Source of the DNA: Octopus sinensis
Lineage: Eukaryota
Direction: 5' to 3'
Assembly (NCBI RefSeq): GCF_006345805.1
Contig: NC_043014.1
Span: 44,578,001 to 44,642,000, forward strand
DNA: 64,000 nucleotides
Shown here: positions 24,104 to 38,090 of the stretch, in pieces
Position numbering within the stretch: position 1 is the first letter of the stretch
How the letters are laid out: every line of letters starts with the position of its first letter
The notes under the pieces: generated by a model
Seen by the model: only the letters and a program-made list of their open reading frames with translations
What the model was told of the DNA's origin: nothing
Databases searched by the model: none
Made by a program: the position numbers and the translations under genes

Positions 24104-24859
24104 ATTAGCACGAAGGCCAAAAAAAACAACTGTCTCTTTTGCAGATTAGCTAAGATGTCATTGCTTCAGTTGGAGAAAACTGAAAGAGAAAGAAAATACA
24201 TTTTCTTATACAAGTCAAGCAAATACACGAACAAACAAAAATTTGGCTTCAGACTCTCACCGCAACACCCTTAACCACAACCACCAGAACCACCACCACC
24301 AATATCCTCCCCACACACACAAACAATAAGGATAAGCATTAATTTCTAAAACTGGCACCAAGCCACAAAATTTTCAGGAGAGGGTACAGTCAATTAAACC
24401 GGCTCCGGTAGTTTAAATGAGGATAAATGTTGTTTGACTTTCATGTTGAGAGATAGTCATCGACGAGATCGGCCTTACGGAGTCTGCGAAAGAAAGAAAC
24501 GATAATTGTAATGTTCATGCCTTTCCCAAGAGCATTACCAGTGCAAGTGAAGTGAAACAGATACAACCGTGTTCCAGACTTAGTTTGCCAAGAGCATTTC
24601 TTCTATACACACATAATATAAACACATATGTACATACATTATATATATATATATATATAGAAATTCGGGGTGAGTACTTGATAATTATAAGCACCTGTGT
24701 ATACCGTTTGGTGGTGTAGGTGGTGGAGTAAATTGATCAAAATAAAATAAAATAAAAACATGATCAAAATAAAATAAAAACATGAAATAAAATAAAAACA
24801 TCCTTTACATATGTACCGCTGAATCCTTCGCATCATGTTTTTATTTTATTTTGATCAAT

Positions 24860-24890
<31 letters not shown>

Positions 24891-24968
24891 GCATACACAC
24901 ATATATATATATACATATATATATATATGCATATATATATATGCATATACATATATACATATATATAT

Positions 24969-25007
<39 letters not shown>

Positions 25008-25433
25008 TATATACATATATATATACATGTATATACATATATATATATATATAACATATATATATATATATATATATACATATATATACATACATATATA
25101 TACATATATATATACATATATAATATATATATATATATACATATACATATATGTATACATATATATATATATACATACATATATACATACATACATATAT
25201 ATACATACATATACATATATATACATACATATACATATATATATATATACATATATATAATATATATATATACATACATATATATATACATATATATATA
25301 CATGTATATATATACATATATATACATATATATATATACATATATGTATATATATCCATATATATATATACATATATATATGTATACATATATATATATA
25401 CATACATATATACATACATACATATATACATAC

Positions 25434-25482
<49 letters not shown>

Positions 25483-25505
25483 TACATATACACACACACA
25501 CATAC
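24860..25505. repeat. (TA)/(CA)-rich microsatellite block
   Basis: Read directly from the sequence; source of many spurious ORFs. Confidence 0.95.
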
Positions 25506-28356
25506 AAACAACCAATTTTAAATTAATGCCACAGATAAGGGCAAGTGTTTCAGAGAGAATAAACTTACCATTTCCATCAATAATGATTTTGAAATACTTT
25601 TTCCGCATCTATTAATAGCCATACAAGATTGTTATATAGTTTTATTGATGCAATTCCAAAATGATGCTGCAATTCTATTGTTTATAGATATGTGAAACTG
25701 ATATTTCGAGAAAGTCTGACCATAAATGGTTACACAGACCTCTCATGCATCAACTCAGAACCGAAATCCTTATTCAAACTCTTAGCAGTCTTACTTTCTA
25801 CAAACTTCTCTCTTAACAACAACAACGACAACAACAACTAAATGTCCATAAATGTTAACTACTAAAATTCAACTGTTCTCGTTCAAACATTTCGACTGTC
25901 CAGACATGATTAAAATGTTTCATGCATACGGAACCGAATTCCATAATTTACGTTTTTTAATGACCAGAACTGATGATGCAGAATTTATTCATGGCCAAAT
26001 GTCTACAGACTATTTATTCGTATTTAATCATTTTGACTGAGTGAGCTAGCCAAATTGATATATTAATAGGCAGTTGATAAAATAAAAAAATCCATGGCTT
26101 GAATCATGTCATTAGCCCTACCTAATATTGTTGTATACAGCCAAAAAGATTTAACTCTTTCTGGATAAGTTTACCTAAGTTTTAATAGGCACCATGAATA
26201 AGTATCAGTTCAAAACTGTAACAAGCAAGAACTCTGTATAATCAAGAGATCTCTAAATGAGAAATAGCATGAAGAATGGATGGATACCAAAATAAGAAAG
26301 TCTTTAATTAGTGCCCCTGGAAGGGAACATATTCTAGGACACTCACCTATTCTCTCTCACTTACTCTCAAATACACACACACACACAATGGATTTTGGAT
26401 TTGTGATATCCAACACCTCCACATGGTTTATTAGTTAATCTACCTTCACTAAATCATCAGTCAGTTTGCCCTTTCAAAAACATCCATATCTATTCAAAAA
26501 TATGTTCCACATGTATTGAAATATATTTGTTGTACATTTTCTCTCAAGTAATTTTCCATTTGTATTCTGTCCACATATATGTAGTGTGATGGTTGGCAAA
26601 AATGTGTATATATATGTATGTAGAATGTTGGAATAAATGTCTTTATAACAGAAATGCTTAACAAAAATTGAGACAGAGAGAGAGAGAGAGACAGAGAGGG
26701 CATCTCTGTAATCACTCAAACTGTGGGAATTAGTAGCCAAAATTCCCTCAAAATATGCTTACCAACCACATGGTTCCAGGTTCATTCCCACTGTGTGGCA
26801 CTTTGGGCAAGTGTCTTGTACTATAGCCTTGGGCTGACCAAAACCTTGTGAGTGGATTTGGTAGACGGAAACTGAAAGAAGCCCGTCGTATATATGTATA
26901 CATATATGTATGTGTGTGTATATGTTTGTGTGTCTGTCTTTGTCCCCCCAGCATTGCTTGACAACCGATGCTGGTGTGTTTACGTTCCCGTAACTTAGCG
27001 GTTTGGCAAAAGAGACCGATAGAATAAGTACTAGGCTTCCAAAGAATAAGTCCTGGGGTCGATTTGCTCAACTAAAGGCGGTGCTCCAGCATGGCCACAG
27101 TCAAATGACTGAAACAAGTAAAAGAGTAAAAGAGTAAAGAGTATTTATCAAAACATTAAAAATTCTGCCAGTGGATCTATTATGTTTTGTTTTTGTGTGA
27201 TCATCATCTTTTAACATCTATCATTTATGCTAGCATGGTTTAACTCTTTATTATTTTTTTTATTTATGCGCCCTTTTCAAGCCTAACCAGGCTCATGGGC
27301 CCGGTTTTTCAGTTTCTATGGCGTATGTGTTCCCCCTAGCTGGACGGGATGCCAGTCCATCATAGCATTACTTAAGAAACAGGAAGAAAGAGTGAGAGAA
27401 AGTTGGGGCGAAAGAGTACAACAGGGGTCACCACTACCCCCTGCCAGAGCCTCATGGAGCTTTTAAGTGTTTTCACTCAATAAACACACAGCACCCGGTC
27501 TGAGAATCGAAACCACGATCCTCCGACTGCGAGTCTGCTGCCCTAACCACTGAGCCATTGCACCTCCACTTTAACCCTTTAGCATTCAGATTATTCTGTC
27601 GAATGTAATCCTTATTTATTTACATTGTTTTGAATTAATCATGCATTATCTCATAGTTTTGGAATTTCAGTGGTGTGATTGTTTATTTTTAGAATGGCAT
27701 TGTAGGGTAGGTGTAAGAGGCTGGATCTGGTCAGTTTGGACACAATAGGAGTTGGCTTAACCCTTCCTAGATGAATGCTGTTACAAGACAAGAAGAAGAA
27801 GACGAGAAGATAGGGTAAGCTACTCCTGAATAGAAGATGAATGTCATTGCTTGACAGTCTTTGATCATAGATCTGTTAATAAGGGCCGACTTTGAGTTAA
27901 ACCGCAACACACAGACATACATATAAGATATATAAATACATATATGAAGGCTCCTTCATTGGTTTTATTATTGTTAAATCAACCGAACTACCTGCTCATG
28001 AAATTAAAGAGTAAGTGGCTGAGTATTCCACAGATATGTATACCCTAAATATAATTCTTATGTCAACTCATTTTGACTCAATATGTGTCAAAGCAGAGCC
28101 TTTGAAATACAAGTGACAACCCATCAGACCTACACATAGCTTCTGTCTTCTATGCTTTCCTCACAAAGATTTAAGTTGAGGCTACAGTAGAAGGCATTTG
28201 TCCCAGAAAACACACAGCAAAGTATATATACAAGATAATGTGTATTGTGTATACACACACATATATGAGTATGTGTATTGTGACATATATAGTATGTATG
28301 TATGTATGTATGTATCTATCTATCTATGTATGCACGAATGGATGGATGAGTGTATG

Positions 28357-28389
<33 letters not shown>

Positions 28390-29961
28390 GGTGGGTGGAT
28401 GGATGGATAGATAGATAGATATACAAACACCCACATATAAACATACATACATATATACATACGTGTGCATGTGTGTGTTCACAGCTCTTTATCATCTCAT
28501 AAACCCCTGAAAACACCTACTCACAAAACATGTTATTTAAAGAAACGGATGTCCTAAATCCAAAAACATCCATCACCCTTTCTATATAGAAAAACTGAAG
28601 CTGCATGGGACAAAAACTTATTTCATAGTTTATTATTGTTATATTTTGAATCAGATATATATGGGGCCACCAAAACCTTGTAAATGCTTAGAACTTAAAT
28701 GGGAATTAATCCCGTCCAGATGGGGAACCTATACGCCAAGGAAACCGGGAAACCGGCCCTTATGAGCCAGACATGGCTCGAGAAGGAACAAATAATCTGA
28801 GGAGAAGTTTGCAAATCCAGTACCCAAAATACACGTTCAGGTTTATAACTATTATAATTTATACACATTATTATGTCACCATCACCATCACCGTTACCAA
28901 CCAGGCTATCAGATGTTGCTACACATCGCTGGTCACAATGCGCTTCGCACTGTTTTAGCCTTCAAATGACGCCACCCCTTTGGCTAAGCGAGCAGGCCAA
29001 CAGAAAAAAGAGTGGGAGAAAGAGTGGTGAAAGAGTACAGCAGGGATCACCACCCCTTGCCGGAGCCTCGTGGAGCTTTAGGTGTTTTCGCTCAATAAAC
29101 ACTCACAACGCCCGGTCTGGGAATCGAAACCACTATCCTATGACTGCGAGTCCGCTGCCCTAACCACTGGGCCATTGTGCCTCCACACATTATTATGTAT
29201 CACCTCAATATGGGGAAAATAATACTATAGGAGCAGGCATGGGAATGTGGTAAGAAGTTTGCTTCATAACCGCATGGTTTTGGGTTCAGTCTCACTGCAT
29301 GGCACCTTGGGCAAGTGACTTCTATTATGTATAACCCCTGGGCTGAACAAAGCCTTGGCAGTGGATCTGAGATTTAGTAGAGATAAACTGAAAGAAGCTT
29401 GTCGTATATCACACACACACGTGTTTCTAAGCATCCTTGTCTTGACACTACATGATGGTTGAAAACAAGCATCATCACCATATGGGCCACTTCTAGTCTT
29501 TTGTGTAAAACATGTCTGTTCATGGGGGAAGTATTATCTTGCTTGGAAACAGGTGAAGGTTGGTGACAGGAAGGGCATCCAGCCATAGAAAATCTGCCTT
29601 GACCAATTCTGTCTGGCCCATGTAAGCATGGAAAAGTGGGCATTAACCCCTTAGAATTCAGATTACTTAGTGAAACACAATACTTATTTATTCACAGTGG
29701 TTTGAATTAATTGTGCATTATCTTGTGGCTTTGAGAATTCAATAATGTGATTGTTTATTTTTGTACAATGATATGATATTGTAGGGCAGGTGCGACAGGC
29801 CAGATCTATCCAGTTTGGACATAAGACAGGTAGGATATTTTAGCCAGATATGGCTGGTTTAAATGCTAAACAGTTAAATGATGATGATGATGATGATGAT
29901 GATGATGTTGATGATGATGATGATTATGATGATGATGATGATGTTGATGTTGATGATGATG

Positions 29962-29993
<32 letters not shown>

Positions 29994-30358
29994 GGTATTA
30001 TGGTGAACCAACTCAAAATGGTAAGAATTAAAAAAAAATAACAACTTGGATTCTTGGAGAAAGCAAGTAGCACCATAATTCATGCGTAACAGATGATCGA
30101 GGGACCTGGGGCAATAAAAAATTTTCAAAACCATCTTAATATTTAAAGAATGAAAGATTATACAAAAAGATGATAAAAAGATCAAGACACATTTGTTTAT
30201 GAAATTTTCTGTTTACATTATTGCCACTGAGCAGGTGGCTGGTTAAAAATATGCTCTAAAATTCCAGTCGGGAAGACAGAACATACACATATACACATAC
30301 ATATACACAATCAAACATACATTCACATACACATATATATATACACACACATACACAT

Positions 30359-30406
<48 letters not shown>

Positions 30407-30516
30407 TACATTTATATACAAATGTATATGCAGACATACACTTATATACAAATGTATATATATATACTCATGTACATATATACACACACACACACACATA
30501 TATATATATACATACA

Positions 30517-32400
30517 TAGATGTATGGTGGAGTTTTCTGCTTGGCTAGCTCCTGTCAAACCGTCCAACCCATGCCAGCATGGAAGGAGGACGTTAAACAA
30601 TGATGATGATACATGCATGCATATACACTTATATAGAAATATATACATACATATATATACATACAATATATATATACATACATAATATATACATATACAT
30701 ATATGTGTATCTGTAAATACACAAATGTATACATTCACAAACATAATCACATGTACACACACATATATACACACACACACATATATATATATACACACAC
30801 ACATACATACATACATACATACATACATAATATATACATATATGTATATACATATACATATATGTGTATCTGTAAATACACAAATGTATACATTCACAAA
30901 CATAATCACATGTACACACACATATATATACACACACACACATATATATATACACACACACATACATACATACATACATACATACATAATATATACATAT
31001 ATGTATATACATATACATATATGTGTATCTGTAAATACACAAATGTATACATTCACAAACATAATCACATGTACACACACACATATATACACACACACAC
31101 ATATATATATACACACACACATACATACATACATACATACATACATACATAATATATACATATATGTATATACATATACATATATGTGTATCTGTAAATA
31201 CACAAATGTATACATTCACAAACATAATCACATGTACACACACACATATATACACACACACATATATATACACACACATACATACATACATACATAGTAT
31301 ATACATATATGTATATACATATACATATATGTATATACATATACATATATGTGTATCTGTAATACACAAATGTATACATTCACAAACATAATCACATGTA
31401 CACACACACATATATATACATACATATATATATACATACATAGATGTATGGTGGAGTTTTCTGCTTGGCTAGCTCCTGTCAAACCGTCCAACCCATGCCA
31501 GCATGGAAGGAGGACGTTAAACAATGATGATGATACATGCATGCATATACACTTATATAGAAATATATACATACATATATATACATACAATATATATATA
31601 CATACATAATATATACATATACATATATGTGTATCTGTAAATACACAAATGTATACATTCACAAACATAATCACATGTACACACACATATATACACACAC
31701 ACACATATATATATATACACACACATACATACATACATACATACATACATAATATATACATATATGTATATATACATATACATATATGTGTATCTGTAAA
31801 TACACAAATGTATACATTCACAAACATAATCACATGTACACACACATATATATACACACACACATATATATATACACACACACATACATACATACATACA
31901 TACATAATATATACATATACATATATGTATATACATATACATATATGTGTATCTGTAAATACACAAATGTATACATTCACAAACATAATCACATGTACAC
32001 ACACACATATATACACACACACATATATATATACACACACACATACATACATACATACATACATACATACATAATATATACATATACATATATGTATATA
32101 CATATACATATATGTGTATCTGTAAATACACAAATGTATACATTCACAAACATAATCACATGTACACACACACATATATACACACACACATATATATACA
32201 CACACATACATACATACATACATAGTATATACATATATGTATATACATATACATATATGTATATACATATACATATATGTGTATCTGTAAATACACAAAT
32301 GCATACATTCACAAACATAATCACATGTACACACACACATATATATACATACATATATATATATATACACACACACATATACACACATGCATTCATGTAA
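30517..32400 (+). repeat. Higher-order repeat: 2 x 924 bp, each a family D tail fragment plus five monomers of about 160 bp
   Basis: Marker CTGTAAATAC (one copy CTGTAATAC) at 30711, 30870, 31029, 31192, 31357, 31635, 31794, 31953, 32120, 32285; identical spacer at 30519 and 31443. Confidence 0.9.
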
Positions 32401-32949
32401 GCAGACACGAGCACACACACGCACTAACACATTCCCATATATAGGTCAATTTCATTTAGTCTAAAATCTATGGAAAACATTACAGTACAACAGTATACTT
32501 TTCGAAAATCAACTCTGAGAACAGGCTATCGGGAACGCATGTACTTTTTGCTCAAAACGAATGATTCATAAATTTTAAAATCGATAAACGATAACGGGAT
32601 GATTACAATTTCAACTATGACGAAAGATAAAAAGGGATAATCTTCTTACATACCTTAAAACTAATCCATTTACTATTAACTGTGTGTGTGTGTGTGTGTG
32701 TGTGTTTTCTTTTTTTTTTCTTCCATAGTATTGGTACTGTGTAATTGTATTGATGTTGTTGTTATTGTTGCTGTTATGGGTTGTTATTGTTATTATTGGC
32801 TGGCTGAGAGAAATTGAAAACTCTACAATACTCTACGTTAGCCGGACAAACACACACCTTTAAATAGCATATTACGTGATCAGAGCAGACCGCACCTCAT
32901 GAGTCACAGCGATGAAACATCCTCTTGATGTTTTGAAAACATTAGAAAC

Positions 32950-33251
32950 TATGATGATGATGATGCTGACGATGATGATGATGATGACAATGATGATGAT
33001 AACGACGACGGCGACAATGATATTAATGATGGTGATGATGATGATGATGACGACGACGACGACGACAATGATAATAATGATGGTGGCAGTGATGATGATG
33101 ATGATGATGATAACGACGATGACAACAATGATAATAATGATGGTGATGATGATGATGATGACGATGATAATGATAACGATGATGACAACAATGATAATAA
33201 TGATGGTGATGATGATGATGACGACAACAATGATAATAATGATAGTGGCAG

Positions 33252-33286
<35 letters not shown>

Positions 33287-33535
33287 GTGATAATGATGAT
33301 GTTGATGATGATGATGATGATGAGGATGATGATGATGATGATGATGATAGTGGCAGTGATGATGATGATGATGATGATGATGGTGATAATAATGATGATG
33401 TTGATGATGATGATGATGAGGATGATGATGATGATGAGGATGACGACAACAATGATAATAATGATGGTGGCGGTGATGATGATGATGATGATGACGACGA
33501 CGATAATGATGGTGATGATGATATATTATATAAAT
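32950..33535. repeat. (GAT/GAC/AAT)n compound trinucleotide repeat
   Basis: Read directly from the sequence. Confidence 0.95.
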
Positions 33536-34791
33536 CATCAGTATTGATATGTGAGACACACATCCTTATCCAAATATGACCAACCAACAACATTTCAAAA
33601 CAACACAGATGTTTTCCTTCCTTTTCTCCCCTTTTCTCTTCTTCTTCTTCTTCTTCTTGATAGTCTACACATCTATTATTCCTTTAACATAAAACTCCAT
33701 CACAACAATAATATCAGACTGCAGCTGATGGGATTGATAGAATGTTAACAGTTGAAAAAAAAAAAGATTTACATAAAGAAATCATAGAAATATATTGTTT
33801 GTCTGTCTGTTTGTTTGTGTTTACTTTGTTTTTTTTTTGCTTTTTTTTTGTATCATTTTTATCAGATACAAAAGACCTACATTTAAAGAGAATATGAAAT
33901 GGGCAGTTTGATACTCTCTCTCTTTTACTCTTTTACTTGTTTCAGTCATTTGACTGCGGCCATGCTGGAGCACCGCCTTTTAGTCGAGCAAATCGACCCC
34001 GGGACTTATTCTTTTGTAAGCCCGGTACTTATTCTATCGGTCTCTTTTGCCGAACCGCTAAGTAACGGGGACGTAAACACACCAGCATCAGTTGTCAAGC
34101 AATGCTAGGGGGACAAACACAGACACACAAACATACACGCACACACACATATATATATACATATATACGACGGGCTTCTTTCAGTTTCCGTCTACCAAAT
34201 CCACTCACAAGGCATTGGTCGGCCTGGGGCTATAGCAGAAGACACTTGCCCAAGGTGTCACGCAGTGGGACTGAACCCGGAACCATGTGGTTGGTTAGCA
34301 AGCTACTTACCACACAGCCACTCCTGCGCCTGATGTTTATATATTTCCCCAAAGTATTAGTAATAGTACAAGTGAAATGAAAATTACATCAGCTATGTCG
34401 TTAAGCCTTGTCACTAACAACATACTCATTATTTAGTGCTCCCACTGCTTACAATAATGAACGACATGTCATATAAATAAAATGAGGTGAGTCCACATTA
34501 CTAAGTAAAGACTATAAGGCCGATTTCCTGGTTCCTCTGGCACATATATTCCTCTTGGATAGGGTACTGGTCCATCCCAGGATTACACAGTTTTACTCAC
34601 TGAGTGGACTGCAGCGACAGGAAATGAAGTGTTCTGCTCAAGAACACAATGTATTGTCCAGTCCAGGAACTGAAACCCCAATCTTACAATCATGAGTCCA
34701 GCACCCTAACCACTAAGCCATGGACCGCCAAACGAAATGTGGATCATAGTGATTTACAGAATCCACTGAGTTATAGGGAAACCACCAAACA

Positions 34792-35173
34792 TCTTTATAT
34801 ATAAAAGTGAAGTTGTGTGTCTGTCTCCTACAATTTAGATTCCTAACTACTCCCACATTTTGCGGTGCAGTTTAACCAATCGTGATTCATATTGAGCCCT
34901 TCTGGGTATTAGCGCGCGTCTACGATGAGTCTACGATTTAAAAAAATTTACCATCATTTTTTTCCATTTTAATGCATTTTTTTCGCTATTACATAAGGGA
35001 AGAAACTCTCTAAAAATGTCTACGATGAGTCAACGATTTTTAAAAAAAGATTTACCATCATTTTTTTCCCATTTTTAATGCATTTTTTTGCTATTTTTTG
35101 GCTATAACTCTCTAAAAATGCTTATATAGTTATTTCCCTTACAAACCCGAGCAACGCCGGGCGATACTGCTAG
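34792..35173 (+). mobile_element. Non-autonomous Helitron
   Basis: A|TCTTTATATATAAAAG 5' end; subterminal hairpin CCCGAGCAACGCCGGG; CTAG|T 3' end; no TSD; internal 100-bp tandem duplication (34918/35018). Confidence 0.85.
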
Positions 35174-35470
35174 TTTTATTATAAAGTACTGCTAGTAGTA
35201 TAGCAGAGTCCATTACCACTCAATCTATAACCACAGGCTGAGTTGAACTCAATGCTGGAAGTTAGCTCAACACACATCAATGTGATGCTGCTGCTATTTC
35301 CAATTGCAGTCAACTCTACCAACTCACTGTTTATTTACAGTATGTTTTATATAGCTGTATACAATCGAACATGTTTTCTGTACTTCGTTTACAGTTAGAT
35401 AAACTGACCTATTGTTCGTTATATATTTTGGCCGTGGATACAGCACAGTGTTGTATATACATGCCAGAAA

Positions 35471-36441
35471 GCCGAGCTGGCAGAATCGTTAGCACGGCGG
35501 ACGAAATGCTTAGCGGTATTTCGTCTGCCGCTACGTTCTGTGTTCAAATTCCACCGAGGCTGACTTTGCCTTTCTTCCTTTTCGGGGTCGATTAAATAAG
35601 TACCAGTTACGCACTGGGGGTCGATGTAATCGACTTAATAGCTATGTCTGTCCTTGTTTGTCCCCTCTATGTTTAGCCCCTTGTAGGTAATAAAGAAATA
35701 GGTATTTCGTCTGCCACTACGCTCTGAGTTCAAATTCCGCCGAGGTTGACTTTGCCTTTCATCCTTTTCGGGGTCGATAAATTAAGTACCAGTTATGCAC
35801 TCGGGTTGATATCATCGACTTAATCCCTTTGTCTGTTCTTGTTTATCCCCTCTATGTTTAGCCCCTTGTGGGTAATAAAGAAATAGGTATTTCGTCTGCC
35901 ACTACGTTCTGAGTTCAAATTCTGCCGAGGTTGACTTTACCTTTCATCCTTTTCGGGGTCGATTAAATAAGTACCAGTTATGCACTGGGGTTGATGTAAT
36001 CGACTTAATACCTATGTCTGTCCTTGTTTGTCCCCTCTATGTTTAGCCCCTTGTGAGTAATAAAGAAATAAGTATTTCGTCTGCCACTATGTTCTGAGTT
36101 CAAATTCTGCCGAGGTCGACTTTGCCTTTCATCCTTTTCGGGGTCGATTAAATAAGTACCATTTACGCACTGGGGTCGATGTAATCGACTTAATCCGTTT
36201 GTTTGTCCTTGTTTGTCCTCTCTGTGTTTAGCCCCTTGTGGGTAATAAAGAAATAGGTATTTCGTCTGCCGGTACGTTCTGAGTTCAAATTCTGCCGAGG
36301 ATGACTTTGCCTTTCATCCTTTTCGGGGTCGATTAAATAAGTACCAGTTACGCACTGGGGTCGATGTCATCGACTTAATCCCTTTGTCTGTCCTTGTTTG
36401 CCCCCTCTATGTTTAGGCCTCTGTTGGGCAATAAAGAAATA
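35471..36441 (+). repeat. Tandem array of SINE family B: one head plus 5 body units of 185-186 bp
   Basis: (G/A)GTATTTCGTCTGCC at 35515, 35701, 35886, 36071, 36256. Confidence 0.92.
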
Positions 36442-37228
36442 AAAAAATTATTCCGAAATGTAAACAATTCATAGATTTACAGTTCTCATATATGAATATA
36501 AAACTGTAAATAATATAAACAGAAAAGAACACTAACATTTATCTTTCTCATGTTGATCAAAGGCTAGCCAGCTTTGGTGGGGCTCCTATATTACTGTGTC
36601 GGCAAGCTGGCAGAAACGTTAGCACGCCAGGTGAACTGCGTAGCCGTATTTCGTCTGCCATTACGTTCTGGGTTCAACTTTGCCTTTCATCATTTCGGGG
36701 TCGATAAATTAAGTACCAGTTATGCACTGGGGTCGATATAATCGACTTAATCCATTTGTCTGTCCTTGTTTGTCCCCTCTGTGTTTAGCCCCTTGTGGGT
36801 AGTAAAGAAATAGATATTACTGTGTCACTGAGATTTTGCTGTTCATATATCATATATGAGTATGAACAGCAAAATCATAACTGACCCTTGAATAAGTACT
36901 ATGATAAGGTACAGAGGGTATCTGAGGAGGTGGGGCTGTTAGTTTAACCTGCTTCAATGAGTAAACAAATCTTTCTTAAGTCATATCTTACTATATCTTA
37001 AAAAGAAGGAGACACATTGGATAATGTAGACTAAAATAAATTATGTGTAAACAGATAGGATAGGGATATGTAGAACATGTTTCACCATGTCAACTTGATA
37101 ACAGCTGACCTGAGGATAGACAACACATACGCATTCACATATGTACATAGGCGTGTATATACATATACATACAAATACATTACACACACACACACACACA
37201 TTTTACATATATGTGTGTGTGTTTTTTG

Positions 37229-37261
<33 letters not shown>

Positions 37262-37484
37262 TATATAGATATAGGCACACACATACATGAGCCAGTTGTT
37301 AGATTGTCGTTTTCATAATTATAAGGTCTTGAGTTCAAGTCACAGACTGGCTGGAACACTGAACCCTTGAGCAAGGCACATCATCATCCCCTGTTACTCT
37401 ATTCTACTCAGCTGAAAACGAGTGTCAGCAGCAGCCCACAGGTTAAATCTATAACACAACAGCAGTAGTAATGATGATGATTAT

Positions 37485-38090
37485 AAATGTGGTGGTGATG
37501 GTGAGGGTGGTGGCGGTAGTGGTGAAGGTGGTTGGTGAGGGTAGTGGTGAGGGCAAAGGTGGTGGTGAGGGTGAAGGTGGTGGTGAGGGCGAAGGTGGTG
37601 GTGAGGGCGAAGGAGTGGTGAGGGTGAAGGAGGTGGTGAGGGCGAAGGAGGTGGTGAGGGTGAAGGTGGTGATGAGGGCGAAGGTGGTGGTGAGGGCGAA
37701 GGAGGTGGTGAGGGTGAAGGTGGTAGTGAGGGTGAAGGTGTTGGTGAGGGCGAAGGTGGTGGTGAGGGCAAAGGTGGTGGTGAGGGCGAAGGAGGTGGTG
37801 AGGGTGAAGGTGGTGATGAGGGCGAAGGTGGTGGTGAGGGCGAAGGTGGTGGTGAGGGTGAAGGTGGTGGTGAGGGCGAAGGAGGTGGTGAGGGTGAAGG
37901 TGGTGGTGAGGGCGAAGGAGGTGGTGAGGGCAAAGGTGGTGGTGAGGGCAAAGGTGGTGGTGAGGATGATTATAAAGGTGGTGGTGGTGGTGGTGGTTGT
38001 AGTGGTGTTGCTGGAGGTGAGGGTGGTGGTGAGGGTGGTGGTGGTGATGATGATTATGATGGTGGTGGTGGTGGCGGCGGTGGTGATAAT
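37485..38090 (+). repeat. G-rich 18/21-bp minisatellite (GGTGGTGAGGG(C/T)GAAGG(T/A))
   Basis: Read directly from the sequence; unit lengths are multiples of 3, which explains the long open frames. Confidence 0.9.

Noticed and set aside
24833-25615. Long ORFs of YI/CV/HT repeats here and at 30442-32430 and 46874-47315
   Set aside because: These are translations of TA/CA microsatellites, open only because such repeats lack stop codons.
30711-32340. CRISPR-like alternation of a conserved core and variable spacers
   Set aside because: The spacers are CA/TA microsatellite variants, the context is eukaryotic, and there are no cas genes.
32912-33593. Poly-Met, poly-Ser and poly-His ORFs
   Set aside because: Trinucleotide repeat open in several frames on both strands; no credible exon context.
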